From Malacoraja senta (taxonomy: Eukaryota), in assembly GCA_038087875.1 (NCBI GenBank), contig CM075989.1, positions 15,378,001-15,442,000 of the forward strand: 64,000 nucleotides of DNA, in the 5' to 3' direction. Position numbers and translations under genes: made by a program. Under the pieces are notes generated by a model. That model made no database searches, had not been told where the DNA came from, and saw nothing but the letters and a program-made list of their open reading frames with translations. Shown one piece after another: positions 39,116-52,615 of the stretch (positions are counted from its first letter, which is position 1; the number at the start of each line of letters is the position of its first letter).

Positions 39116-40177
39116 TAAATGGTCTTTACCTCCAAATACTGGTGATCCCAATGTTTCACAAATTTCACAGCCAAGGCCAGACAAACAAAGGTAATTTAAC
39201 TATAAAAGGTAATGGCAGAAAGAACAATTACCCTGAAACAGTTAGGGAAGCAGATAGGTAGGTACTTATGTGGCTACAAACATGATTCCAGGGTTAAACA
39301 CAGTCTCCTTGGTGTCAGACCCAACAATGGCATAAAATGCCTTGAGAACATTGAGGGGTTTCCCACCAGAGACCAGAGACCATGATCCATTACAGGAATA
39401 AAAAGATTAAAAGACAGGACCTCAAAGGTAGTAATTACAAATTGGTATCATGTTTCTTCAGATCCAGAAATACGTCATTGCAAATCAATATATGGCTGAA
39501 GAGATGGAGCAAGGAGGGCTTTCGATTAGTTCCAGATGGGGGTTGGGGAAAGCAAAAAAAAAGTAGAACATGGATAAATTGCATCTCAAAAAGATTTGGC
39601 TGAATATCCTTGCAGGAAGTTTTATTGATAGCACCAGGAAAGATTTAAACTAGCTTGGAAGACGTAGTGGAATCCTGACTGAATCATACAACAGGAGGAG
39701 AAAATTAAATGCAAAAGCCAGACAGTTAACAACACATCAGGAAGGCTGAAATGCAGAGAAAAACAAAGGCTGAAAAAATAAAAGGTATGGCAGGGAAAAT
39801 TGTTCTCGATGAAATAAAGGCAATAAAATGTGAAAAGCAAGGAGAGAATATGTGTTGTGAATCATGGTCGAAAGATGGGTATAGATAGAAGTTCAATAGT
39901 TCTAATATAAGCATTTTTGGATGATGCAAGAGGGGATTAAAAATAAGAGGGATGTTGGTTAGGGAAAATAAATATATTAACCAAGAAAAATCAATGAATT
40001 ATGTCATATGGTTTAAATTGGTGAAGAATGGAATTGTTTGCAATTTACGGTAGAGAAACAGAAGAGTAAATATATCTGCGACTTTCAACACAGTAACAAG
40101 ACAATAACAGTAGGAGACATCAACTCCTTGTGTCTCAACTACCCGAACATTAATTGACACAGTAAAGGGGGAAACAT

Positions 40178-40325
40178 TTAGGCGATTTTTTTATGCGACT
40201 GCCAGCGACTGTCATAGTCGTAGCAGGTCGCCGAAAAACTGGCGACTGGACCCCTTGTCTACGATAAGCTACAACAACCTACCACCTAGTCGACGTCAAG
40301 CTACGGCAAGCTACACCATTGTGTA
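40178..40325. mobile_element. Fragment of the 21746-22423 MITE family
   Basis: Reverse complement of 22275-22415 (CACCTAGTCGACGTCAAGCTAC). Confidence 0.65.
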
Positions 40326-40329
40326 GCTA

Positions 40330-42741
40330 CCCCCTCTCCACGTGAGCGCCGACGCCGACTCAAAAGTCGAGTCCATTCATTGACTCCGGGAAGCGCCGAC
40401 TGCCCCTCCCCACTTGGGAAGGATTCATTGCCTCTAGGGAGTGCTGACGCCATCCCAAATGTCAAGTCAATTAATTGGCTCCAGGAAGTGCCCACTGCCC
40501 CCCCACCCCCAGGAAGGATTGATTGGCTCAAGGAGCACCGACCCAAAAGTCGAGTCCATTCATTGGTTCCGGGAAGCGCCGACTGAGTGGTGGAAATGGG
40601 CTGCGTTGGGGAAACGGGTGAGTGGTGGAATATTGCGTTGGGGAAACGGGGGCCCAACGGGTCAGGCGGGTAGGTAGAGGAGAGGGGTTATGGAGGGTGG
40701 GAGGGAGTGACTGAGGGTAGGGAGTGACTGAGGGTAGGGGAAAGGAGGGGGAGGGAGAGGTGAAGGAAGGAGTAGAGGAGGGGAGGAGGTGAGGGGAGAG
40801 AAGAGGGAAGGTGGAGCCCTCGGGGACCAGCCCTCCCGTGTGACACCGCGCCCCCACGCCCCACGTTGGGGACGGGGCCCAACAGGTCCCACTTGGTCTA
40901 GTATATTACTAAAACTCTTGTCTTGTTTGTTTCCATCTATCTATGTGATCCCATGTGATCCTGAAATTACGCTAAAACAATACGCGATTGCACCACCTTA
41001 ATCACCATTGTCCTGTGGTTATTTATGTTATGTTTTGTTCAGATTGCTGGTATATTTCATGTTATTGACATTTTTAGATTTACAAAACCTCAATTTGAGA
41101 AAAATGTCTTCCCTGTGCTTACAGCTATGACTTCACAATGGGATTGTAGCCTTGCTCGCAACATTGTTGCTATCCAAGTACACTGAGTTTTGCTAGCTCT
41201 AGCAGGTGCATTTTTCTTAAAGTCACAGTACACTGAGTTCTGCTGGCTAGCAAGTGCAATTGCATTTTTTTAAAGTTTAAGAATGAGGGAGGGTGGATAA
41301 GGCAAAATGAGCAGCTCCTGCGCAGTTGGGGGCTATGGGTGAGTGGTGGAATATCGCGTTGGGGAAACGGGTTGCTTTGGGGGACCAGGCCTCCTGTGGG
41401 GGCTATGGGTGAGTGGTGGAATATTGCGTTGGGGGAACAGGTTGTGTTGGGGGACCAGGCATCCCGTGGGGGCTATTGATGAGTGGTGGAATATTGCGTT
41501 GGGGGACCAGGCCTCCCGTGTGACAGGGACCCAACGGGTTCCATTTGGTCTAGTGTATATTGCTAAAACTCTCATCTTGTTTGGATGTCTGCGTGAGATC
41601 CTGAAATTATGTCAAAACGATACACTATGGCGCTAACATTTTTGCACCACCTTACAATTGTCCTGTTGTATGTTTTCAACAAGATTTGTTCAGATTGATG
41701 TTATATTTTACAAGTTATTAACATTTTTACCTTTACTAAATCCAGTATGAGAAAGATTCAGCAGTGGCAGTTAGAGCCATGACATCACAATGGGACCTGT
41801 CTGTGAACAGTCTTCCAGCCCACAATGACAGCACAATGGGATCAGCAGCTTCCACCTCATGGGGGGGGGGGGTAAGGAGGTAGTGAGATTTTTTTTTTAA
41901 ATCTGTTTTAATCAGATTCTTGGGGAGAGCTTTCCTTTATAGAACAAATTCTAGAATTTTCCTTGGGGGGGGGGTGAGATGTCCACGTGGGGGCAGGGGG
42001 GGGGGGTAGAATAGAGGAGAGGTTTCATTTCCAGAACTCTCCTTGTGGGGGGGTGGGATGGGGGGTGAGGGTTTTCATTGTGAGGGGGTGGAATAGGGGA
42101 GAGGTTTCATTTCCAGAACTTTCATTGTGGTGGGGTGGGATGGGGGGTCAGCGCCAACGTGAGAGCTTTCATTGTGGTGGGGGGGGGGGGGGGGTGGAAT
42201 AGGGGAGAGGTTTCATTTACAACAAAAAAATCCAGAACTTTCCTTGCGGGAAGGTGGGATGGGGAATTTGAGAAAAATTCAGCAGTGGCAGTTAGAGCTA
42301 TGACATCGCAATGGGATCTCATTTACATAACCTGCCCATGAACAGACTTCCAGCCCACAATGACATCACAATAGGATCAGCAGCTTCCATCTCAAGGGGG
42401 TAGGGAGGTAGTGAGATTTTTTTTAAAAACCTGTTTTAATCAGATTCTTGGGGAGAGATTTCATTTACAAAAAAAAATTCCAGAAATTTCCTTGTGGTGG
42501 GGTGGGATGGGGGGGAGGTGAGCGCCGACGCTGACCCAACGTGAGATTTCATTTAAAAATTTTAAACTTTAAAAACGTCAGCCGCGCTGCGCAGTTGGGG
42601 GCTATGGGTGAGTGGTGGAATATTGCGTTGGAGGAACGGGTTGCATTGGGGGAACGGGTGATTGGTGGAAACGGGTTGCGTTGGGGGAACGGGTGAGTGG
42701 TGCAATATTGCATTGGGGGAACAGGGCCCAATTTGGTCTAG
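40330..42741 (+). mobile_element. Head-to-tail array of three non-autonomous Helitron-like units
   Basis: Each unit ends with a GGGACCC-AAC-GGGTCCC-type hairpin then A(C/T)TTGGT-CTAG|T (40901, 41553, 42741); units 2 and 3 begin TATATT(A/G)CTAAAACTCT directly after the preceding CTAG. Confidence 0.75.
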
Positions 42742-44283
42742 TATTAGATAAATGTCAGAAATATTCATGTCAGTTGTTTACATTAACATGCTATTTTTAA
42801 AGGTTCTTTATATAAGATCAAAAAAGTAACTTTATTGTTTCAATTTTTTCTCGTGAAGTTTCCTGAGGGTAGAAATTTTCTGGAGCATGCTATAACATAA
42901 ATGGAACAGACACTTGAAAAAACAAACTCTTAACAGCTTTCCTTCTTTGTGTAAAAAGAAACTGCAGATGCTGGTTTAAACCAAAGATAGACACCTTCTT
43001 TGTGCCTGAAAATATTCTCCAAAACAAAATTCAGGAAAATGAGCACTCTTACCATCATTTTTAAAAACAAAAAGAGTACTGGTTATATATAAAGTTCTAT
43101 TGCAATGTAAGTAATACCTTTCAATACATATCATTAAAGACAAGTTTTTATTTGAAATTAATTAAAATAAGTAAATTATTCACCAAAATTATTAATGTGT
43201 AAAAGAAAATTACACAAAGTTTTGAATAGGGCTGCGCACCAGTATAATCCTTAAAAATATATCACCAGTATAATCCTTAAAAATATAAGATTATAGCCCG
43301 AGCTACATAAATCACTGTAGCTCAAACGTACAAACTAATCACAATAAACTTCAATTTTCACCTTCAACAATTAAGAGCATCTGCTCTTTTCAAAAACGTT
43401 CCCTTATTTTTATGAAGCCTTGAAATAAAATAGGCACAAAGTGTACTCTAAGACAGGAATATGAAACTGAAAGTTAAAACTTTAAAACACAAAAAAGTTA
43501 GCCCAATAACTAATTTGGAATTGCATAGTATTGTTAGCATTAACCATTAATTAGCAGCATGAAGAATCGGCCTTAACCAAATTTGATTTCATTGAATTTA
43601 TGAATTGGAACCGGACAATTTCAACAAAACTTTATTTTAACCATTCCTACTTCAAATCAGCAAGTAATTGTTAATTTGCATCTTTATTAAAAGTGAGTAA
43701 AGACATGTTAGTGCAATTATAGAGGGCCCTTTAGTAAGATATTAAACCAAATGATGTTTGTTTTTTATTATGCATTTTGTGGGACTCATAACTATCCTTG
43801 CCTAACTAAATAAACACTTATCTCTGTGTTTTCCTATTTGCAATAGTGACGTCTCGTTGAAACCTCATAATTATTAGCCAGTTAAGTGTTGCCAATGTTT
43901 ATATACTAAAAACACGTGCAATATGCAACATAATCCAAATCCCTTTAAATCAAGTGTTCTAATCTATGCTCGCAGTTACAACCGATAGCGCATGAATCGA
44001 TGGCACATACGTCATCAAAATAAACAAGCAATTGAGAAACCAAAACAAAAAAGCAACAGTATTCATATTCGAGGCAAGTCAAACACTGTCAGGCCTAATG
44101 TGAACAAGTATGTTTTAAAGGTTTATGACCCCATGTTTCCAGGAGTCGTCGTGCACGGGTAACATTTCTACGTTCTCCAATATTAACCCATATTTGGGGG
44201 ATATACTTCCAATAAACACAGCGGGACTTAAGAACAAGACATGTGCTGTTCTTGTGTGGTGAAAGTTACTTTCGGATAGGACA

Positions 44284-44303
44284 GTGTGTGTGTGTGTGTG
44301 TGT
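44284..44303. repeat. (GT)n microsatellite at the edge of the CpG island
   Basis: Seen directly. Confidence 0.95.
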
Positions 44304-45010
44304 TTTAGCGCCCGGTATGTTGAGAAACGATGGACGAACCGCCGCGGACAGCCCTGTCCTCCCCTGCCCTGCCTGGATAGGGTCGCCCTGGATGTATTTC
44401 TATTTTCTGTTGCCGGCGTCGCGGTGTTTCTCTACAGCAATAATCACCGTCAAAAATAAATTCACGAAGAAGCCGTTAGTTGAAGTGAATACAACGGCAA
44501 AGGTTGCATTCACGAAGAAGCCGCTCGGGAGGAGGGGACGGGGGAAGTTGCACAACGAGGCCTCATTAAGTGTGAGTCAGCCGCCGATGGCGCGAGACTG
44601 GCCTTTAATGTCGCCGTCCGGTTGTTTCGGTGAAGTAACCACCAAACATGGCGCCCGTGGTCCGTCAGTCAGTCCGCCCGCCTGCCTGCGCCACAGGCCC
44701 AAGGCTGCCGTACGGCCACCGGCGTCTCCCGCTGCCCCCCGACCCACCTCGCCATTGAAAATAAGAAAAAGCTGACTCACCGCCTGCTTTTATCTCCCAG
44801 CTAAAAGCGGATGGTGGGTCCACAGTAATCCGCCGCCATGGTGGGTTTTTTTTTCGTCGTTTGTGCGCACTGGGGAACTGGCGAGGAGCCGGCGGAGGAT
44901 CATGGGTAGGAGGCAGCCTGTGCGGCGGGCGGGAGGGCGCGCGAAGCGTGCACTGCTGCAAGTGTGCCAGTACCAGCCTGAGGCGGGCGGGCGGGCAGGA
45001 AGGCAGATCC
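44300..45010 (-). promoter_or_regulatory. CpG island and probable ZNF280-like promoter with non-coding exon 1 (donor at 44780)
   Basis: GC/CpG-rich non-repeat segment in an AT-rich background. Contains GGGCGG boxes (~44985), YY1-like AAACATGGCG and CCGCCATG motifs, and a strong minus-strand donor GCG|GTGAGT at 44781/44780 facing the acceptor at 23506. Confidence 0.7.
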
Positions 45011-46665
45011 TAGATCTCCACTGTAGGATCTTTGGTCACCATGGCCTTATCCATTCATAGCCCTCTTTACCCGGCCTAAATGGCGACAACGCAACAGAAA
45101 CAAATCCAACAGAAGATAGACACAAAAAGTTGGAGCAGCATCTCTGGAGAAAAGGAATAATAGGTGATGTTGTTTCGGGTCGAGACCATTCTTCAAACTG
45201 AGAGTGAAGAAATCGACTATTTTTACACCACAATGTTTGTACTTACGTTTGAGCCTTGAAATAGTTGACTGGTACTTTATTAGTGACAAGTACCTGGAAA
45301 TAGTGAATTTCTTTGTTTTGCCTAAAATCCAGTAAAACGATATTATTTGTCCAAAATAAACTGCAGATACTGAAGATAGACATAAAATGCTGGGGTAACT
45401 CAGCGGGTCAGGCAGCATCTCTGGAGAAAAGGTGACGTTTTGGGATGAGACCCTTTTTTATTTCACTGGATTGCAGGCAAAACAAAGAATTTCGCTGTTT
45501 CAAGTTACGTGTGACTAATAAAGTACTATTTAACTATTTCAAGTAGTATGAGTGAGTCTCATCGTCTAGAGTGATATTAATACAAACCAGAATAACTTCC
45601 TCACAGCTTAAGGTAAAATGAATTAATTTTACTGAGAACTGCAGTGGCTGGCTTAAAATCGAAGGTAGACACAAAATGCTGGAGTAACTCAACGGGTCCG
45701 GCAGCATCTCTGGAGATAAGGATTGGGTGACGTTTCGGTGAAGACCCTTATTACTTTTACTGAGTTTTCAGTTATGAAGACCTGAGGGTCTGCTTGACTC
45801 GATAAGGCTCTGGTGTCTTAATTCGCCTCAGTCTTTCCATTCTTTTCCTCAGTTTTTGCCTTTAGGCTTTTGTTGCTGTCAAGTCCCGATCTATACTAAA
45901 GGAACCCCTTCCTCAACAAGATGTATTTTGGGATTAGTAATGAAGCATGCCTCTGCACTCTTGGTGAACACTTTTTAAAAAATCTTCCAGGCTTGTTATG
46001 ATTTGGCCATTTTTTGCTTTGTCTTCATTTATGTCAGACTTGTTTCTTCCAGTCCATCTATGGTTTAAAAACTTGTTACAATGAGAAAGAACCAGGAGAG
46101 AACAAGTATTTTCAATATTATGAATTAATCATTAATTACGTTAAGCATACCATCAAGTTCTCCTGGGGGGGGGGGGAGGAAGCATTACACACCTGGATTT
46201 TCTAGTGTCAGTTTGCTATAAAGTTTTGATGGCATTTGATGTCTAATTTTCTTAATGACTATCATTGTTTTACAATTTAAGATTATTGCTGTGTCCTGAA
46301 AGAGATGATTTTTTTTCCATTATACTGGCAATACAAAAATTGGAAATATAGACTAAACTCTCTATGAGCCATAAATAATTCAACATTTTTAAGATACGAC
46401 ATCTTATAACATGGCCCCATAGCAGAAGCGTCCTCGTCGCGGGGCTGGAAACTGGAAGTATCCTGAACTAATTCTGCTACCACCTTGCGACAAGTGATGG
46501 CTTCCACTGATTGTCGCCGGAAGCTTGCGTCCTTTTCAGGACGGATGATGACAGCGAGGTCAACATTTGTAACAAGATGGACACGAAAAGAAGAAGATAA
46601 CATTATGACTATTCATCCGATAACGTCTAAAATCTGTCTCATTGCATTGGATTGTGTGTTTTATT

Positions 46666-47093
46666 ACTCGGCTTGTACTCGCTAGAATTTAGAAGATTGA
46701 GGGGGGATCTTATAGAAACTTACAAAACTCTTAAGGGGTTGGACAGGCTAGATGCAGGAAGATTGTTCCCGATGTTGGGGAAGTCCAGAACATGGTGTCA
46801 CAGTTTAAGGATAAAGGGGAAATCTTTTAGGACTGAGATGAGAAAAACATTTTTTACACAGAGAGTGGTGAATCTCTGGAATTCTCTGCCACAGAATGCA
46901 GTTGAGGCCAATTCATTGGCTATATTTAAGAGGGAGTTAGATGTGGCCCTTGTGGCTAAAGGGATCAGGGGGTATGGAGAGAAAGCAGGTACAGGATACT
47001 GAGTTGGATGATCAGCCATGATCATATTGAATGGCGGTGCAGGCTCGAAGGGCCGAATGGCCTACTCCTGCACCTATTTTCTATGTTTCTATG
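46666..47093 (+). mobile_element. CR1 LINE 3' fragment
   Basis: Nearly identical to 26940-27355. Confidence 0.93.
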
Positions 47094-48989
47094 TCTTTGC
47101 CAGCAAAATAAATAAATGCCTGAGGTTTCACAGAATAAAGAATTGAATCAGTCAAAAAGGTAATAACTTTGTCTTTTGTGGAATGTGGGCTTCTGCAAGT
47201 TAACGTTTATTGTTGACTTGTGATTGCCCTGGTGATAAATTGTCTTTGTGAACTGTTGTCTCAAATCTTTAAAGTTTGCATTAAGTTTAATTTATCAGTT
47301 GGTCAGCTGCATTATTTCAGAATAAAATGAAACTTGCTCAACCTATTATTTCTTTTCAGTCAGCACGGAGTGAAAACATGTATGTTTTTTATTGTATTGT
47401 GAATTTTATAAGGTATATGTATCTGGATTTTATAAGGTATCTGGATTTTATAAGGTATACTTACACTACTTTCATTTTGTTTTCAGCATTCAATTGTTGT
47501 TTTATTTAATTCACTTCCATGAAATTCTTAATTGCATTGTTAACAATGATTAGAAAATGTAATGCACAGGCTTTCTCAAACAGTTGAATCCTTGATCGTG
47601 TTAGTGCAAATAGATTGTCAACTTTTCTTTTTTGAACCTTGCAAAGCAATTAATACAACATTATTCACTTTCTTTAGATTAATCATTTTTGGAATTCATC
47701 GTTTTGTCGGTTAAAACATGGTGCTACCATTGTGCACTTTCCTTGAGATCTGATCTTACAGAATGAGAGATGGAAAGAGTCAGCAGTCATAAACACTTTG
47801 AACAATCACCTTCTATAATCATTATGTTAAATAGTTCACAGTTGAGCAATAAATATGTTAAAAGTGTGAAGTGCTTCAATCAGTTCTGCAAATTTTACAT
47901 AGTGTCATCAGCCCAAAGGTGATTGTGGTATTTGTTCTGGAATATGATCCAATGGATTTTGGAAAGATTATGTGCACAGAGAAGAATGAAACATTTTTTT
48001 TTTTAAAGACAAAGTGCTGGATTAACTCTGAGGGTCAGAGAACAAGGAACAGAGGATTTATTGAGTGGGTGAGGTTGGAAAGTATGTGGAAAATTAATAT
48101 TGGGAAGTATTTTTATTAGAGCACAGTTAAAATCATTTGGGAAATGGTACAATTTAAATGGAATTACCATAGCAGCTTCAAGTTATAGTTATGTTTTGCG
48201 TTGTTACTCCTTCACTTGGCTGTCAGTTGCCTTTCAACTGGAATGGATTTTAACCTGCCCTGGAGAATTGTGTTAGATGAGAGGTCGGACATTGAAGGAT
48301 GACCATAACCCACCACTAATGTATCTTTAGTTTAGCAGATGCATACGCCCTGTGATGTTGGTGTGATAATTAGTACAAATAGGTAATTCATTCACTTTAA
48401 TGTATAGAAATGAGATGATTTTTGATTAAATTTAACGTTTAAAACTCGCAACATCACTGGCAAACCTTGCAAGCACTTGCATTAAATTTAATTTTTCCAG
48501 CAGATTTTTATCCTGAAGAGAATAATTGTTTACTGAGAATTGTGAATTATTTATTTAAATGTTTACTGTTGTTTATCTACTGTCAGGTCTTTTAACTGAA
48601 TACTTCAATTTGTCCTGTAGTTGGCTTTGTTTGAATTTAAGAACTATCTTCATACTTAACTGCAGCACTGACACTCTCAAAGTTAATATGAAATGTTTAT
48701 TACTCTTCCCTAGTGTAACTATTCCTCTTCAGTGATGAAGACACCAAGTAAATTGTTGGACGCTAATCATGCCAGTTCTAGAACGTCAACACTAGTATTT
48801 GAAAGTGCAGTATCTTTGGCCCCATCATTTTATGGATTGACAGATTTATAGAGAAATACAGCATAGAAACATGCCCTTCGGCCCAACAGATCCACGCTGG
48901 TGAAGAAGCCCATTTGAGCTAATCTCATTTGTTCGCGTTAAATCCATAGCCCTCTAAATCTTTCCCATCCATGCACCTGTCCAAATGTC

Positions 48990-49215
48990 TTTTGAATGTT
49001 ATTGGAGAGGCACAGATTGGATATTTTTTGTTTGAAATTGAAGCTTTTGACCAGTTCTACTTTGGTGCCATCAAGGTATGTGTGCTGCTTTGCTTCCTGA
49101 AGTCGGTCACAATCTCCTTTGTCTTGCTGACATTGAGGAAAGGTTGTTGTTGGCACCAAGTTACAAGGTTCTCGATCACCTTTCTGTGCTTAGTGTCATC
49201 ATTATTTGATATTCG
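48990..49215 (-). mobile_element. Degenerate Rex1/Babar RT fragment
   Basis: Similar to 6300-6520 (NNL.LNVSKTKE.VDF, VELVKSF). Confidence 0.65.
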
Positions 49216-49284
49216 GCCAACTCCAGTAGTGTCTTATCTCCCTCATTTTATACATCCCTTCAATTTACTTTATTAACCTTTCCT

Positions 49285-51648
49285 CCTGAAGAATGGGCCT
49301 TTTCTAATGGGGAACGGGGGTTCCCTCTTCCATGATTGATGAGGCCCTCACAAGTGTCTCCTCGGTATCCCGCAGTTCCACTCTTGCTCCCCCTACCCGC
49401 AGTCACAACAGGGACAGAGTCCCCCTGGACCTCACCTTTCACCCCATCAGCTGTCGCATACAGCACATAATCCTCCGACATTTTGCCACCATCGGGATCC
49501 CACTACAAACCATATCTCCACCCCTTTCCGCAGATATCGTTCCCTCCGCAACTTCCTGGTTAACTCATCCCTCCCACCCAAACCACCCCCTCCCCAGGTA
49601 CTTTCCCCTGTAACCGCAGGAGATGCAATACCTGTCCCTATACCTCCTCCCTCAACTCCGTCCAAGGACCCTGACAGTCCTTTCAGGTGAAGCAGAGGTT
49701 CACTTGCACCTCCTTGAACCTCATCTACTGTTCCAGGTGTGAACTATATATCAGCGAGACCAAACGCAGGCTCAGTGATCATTTCGCAGAACACCACTGC
49801 TCAGTCTGCCTTAACCTACATGATCTCCCAGTTGCTAAACACTTTAACTCCCCCTCTTATTCCCACACTGACATTTAATAATAATAAATATAATATCTTT
49901 TATTGTCATTTCACAGAGGTACTTCGAGATTTGGAATGCAGCTTCCATCCGATGTAATAACTTAATTAGCTAAAAATTTAGACACCCAGAGAAACAAGAT
50001 TAAAAAAAAACCCCAGTTAAAGCAGTATAAAGTGCAAATGGGTCTGCCGGGTCGATGTGCGACGTGACCATCCGAGGGAGACAGTTCATGGGGGGGGGCA
50101 CTCAGCAGGGCCGGTTCAGAGCAGCTATAGCTCTGGGGATGAAGCTGTTCCTAAGTCTGGAGGTGCGGGCGTAGAAGGCCTTGTAACGTCTGCCGGATGG
50201 TAGAAGTTCGAACAGACTACTGCAAGGGTGTGAGGAGTCTTTATGAATGCTGATGGCCTTCCTGAGGCACCGTGTATTGTAGATGCACTCCAAGGCAGGT
50301 AGCGGTGTCCAAATTATCTTCTGCACTCTGTGGACGACCCGCTGAAGAGCTCTCCTCTCCGCCTCCGTGCAGCTGAGATACCACACAGAGATGCCATATG
50401 TTAGGATGCTCTCTGTGGTGCAGCGGTAGAAGGTTGTCAGCAGCTGTTGGGGCAGACCAGTCTTTTTCAGTGTTCTCAGGAAGACCAGTTGTTGCTGTGC
50501 CTACTTGACCAGCGCAGCGGTGTTGGTGGACCATGTGAGGTCCTCTGAAATGTGTGTGCCCAGAAACCTAAAGCTGGACACTCCACACTGTCCCCGTTGA
50601 TAAAGATTGGAGCATATTCCCCATTTGTGTCCTTCTGAAGTTGATAATCAGCTCCTTGGTCTTAGAGGTGTTTAGGGACAGGTTGTTAGCTGAGCACCAG
50701 TCCGCCACGTTCTGCACCTCCGCTCTGTAGTGTGTTTCATCATCGTTGGTGATCAGCCCGATCACCGTTATGTCGTCTGCAAACTTGACAATGGTGTTGG
50801 TGTCGAATGCAGGAACACAGTCGTGTGTGAAGAGGGAGTAGAGCATGGGGCTCAGTACACAGCCCTGTGGTGTGCTGCTACTCGGGGTGATAGTGGAGGA
50901 CAGGTGCGGGCCCAGTCTCACTGCCTGCGGTCGCTCCGTCAGGAAATTCAGGATCCAGTCGCATATCGACGAGCTGAGGCCCAGTTGGTGGTGAGCTTGG
51001 TGGGGATGACCGTGTTGAAGGCAGAGCTGTAGTCTATGAAAAGCATCCTCGCGTACGTGCCCTGTCTTTCCAGGTGAGTCAGGACAGTGTGAAGAGCCAG
51101 AGAGATGGCATCCTCTGTGGGTCTATTTGCCCTGTATGCGAATTGATGTGAGGCAGGGATGCTGGATTTGATGTGTGAGAGGACCAGCCTTTCAAAGCAC
51201 TTCATGGTTATTGGTGTTAAGGCAACCGGATGGTAGTTGTTCAGGTTGGTGATTTCTGTCCTGGGCCTCCTCTACTGTTACACTGTTCCAACGTAAATTG
51301 GAACAGCCCCTCGTATTTCGCTTGGGCAGCTTACAACCTCTCTCTAAGCCTCCCCCATCCTAGTTCTCCCAATAGTCTGACTGGCCTGATTAAATTTTAT
51401 CTTTGTATGCTTCGTTGTTGACTTCTCCTAGCTAACGATGATCTATTCTACATTCTCCTTGAGCTTTGTCACCTTTGATGTCTCGTTTTCACACCTTAAC
51501 CTACTATATCTCTGTGTCTCCCTCTCCCCTGACTCAGTCTGAAGAAGTTTCTTGACCCAAAACGTCACCCATTCGGTCTATCTAGATATGCTGCCTGAGT
51601 TACTCCAGCATTTTGTGTCTATCTTCGGTGTAAACCAGCATTTGCAAG
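49285..51648 (+). mobile_element. Penelope-like element (GIY-YIG region and pLTR), split by the Rex-Babar insertion
   Basis: IDEALT, RVPLDLTFHP and QRFTCTSLNLIYCSRCELYISETKRRL motifs; pLTR at ~51530-51648. Confidence 0.88.
49877..51256 (-). mobile_element. 5'-truncated Rex1/Babar-type LINE nested in a Penelope element
   Basis: [26 protein letters not shown] and LPSGRRY motifs; (ATT)n tail at ~49877; the Penelope sequence resumes at ~51257. Confidence 0.9.
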
Positions 51649-52128
51649 CACTGCTATGGTGTCATGACAAAAGATCCCATTCTTCATATCTGACCTGAAA
51701 ATAAAATCCTGCTCAGATAGTATTGAATCTCTAATAGAAATTTGATAAGTCTGGTGATCTTAAAAAAAAATAACATTCAGTGGGTTGAAGGACCTTCGTC
51801 TCATGCTTTAGTGTGAGTTGAACCACAGTAATTCCATTCCCATATTCCCCGGCAGTGCGGAAGCTGAATGCAGAGTGTAAAGAGTTAGCAATCTGCACAT
51901 TGGCTTTAGGCTTTCTGGCTTAATATAGCCATAATAGAATCCCAATTACACTGCTCCAAACCATAAAACACTATTTAGATGGTGTATATCATCTCTTTGC
52001 TTCTTATGTGGATTCAAGCTCTAGTCATCTATCTAATTAACCAGTGGCTATATTTATATGATCAACATTTACACAGGGTATCTTGGTGAGGCTGAACATG
52101 CATTGCCACAGTTCAGTTTTTCAGTGTA

Positions 52129-52615
52129 CAGTAAACCCTTGTTATACCGGGGGTGGAAGGGTGTCTATTATTGCCGATTGTTCACTGTAACCGAGTATGG
52201 TGTTATTGTATAAATAGTAGAAACAAACAACTGCAGTTGCTGGTTAATAGATAAAAAACACAAAGTGCTGGAGTAACTCAGCAGTTCTCTGGAGAACATG
52301 GATAGGTGACGTTTCGAGTCGAGACCCTTCTTCAGTCTCTCGGTCCGGAACTGGGTCTGGAATCCAGGTGAGTTGATGGCCATGGCTGCTGGGGCAGAGG
52401 CTCTGATCAGTGCAGTCAATGGTTGGGGTCGGAAAGCAGGTAATGGAGGCAGTTGTGGCCTGGAAGCAAGTGAGGAAGCTGTGGGGGCTGGTGATTCAGG
52501 TGGTGGGTTCCGTCTGGAAGCAGCGCGAGCCTGGGGTAGAGGGCAGCCAGTGGTTGTTCCTTTGTCTATAACCAAAATCAGCCATAAAGAGGTCCGTTAA
52601 AACAATGGTTTACTG
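52129..52615. mobile_element. Tc1/mariner (pogo/Tigger-type) MITE with TA TSD
   Basis: TA|CAGTAAACCCTTGTTATA...TTAAAACAATGGTTTACTG|TA; Penelope pLTR nested at 52222-52340. Confidence 0.75.

Noticed and set aside
39330..40000. Possible L1/Tx1 remnant
   Set aside because: Only a faint GGWG-like similarity; too decayed to support.
43237..43285. Short tandem duplications (also 47402-47458)
   Set aside because: Ordinary slippage duplications.
44284..44775. 163-aa ORF in the CpG island
   Set aside because: Starts in a (GT)n microsatellite with a non-ATG codon; no homology recognised.
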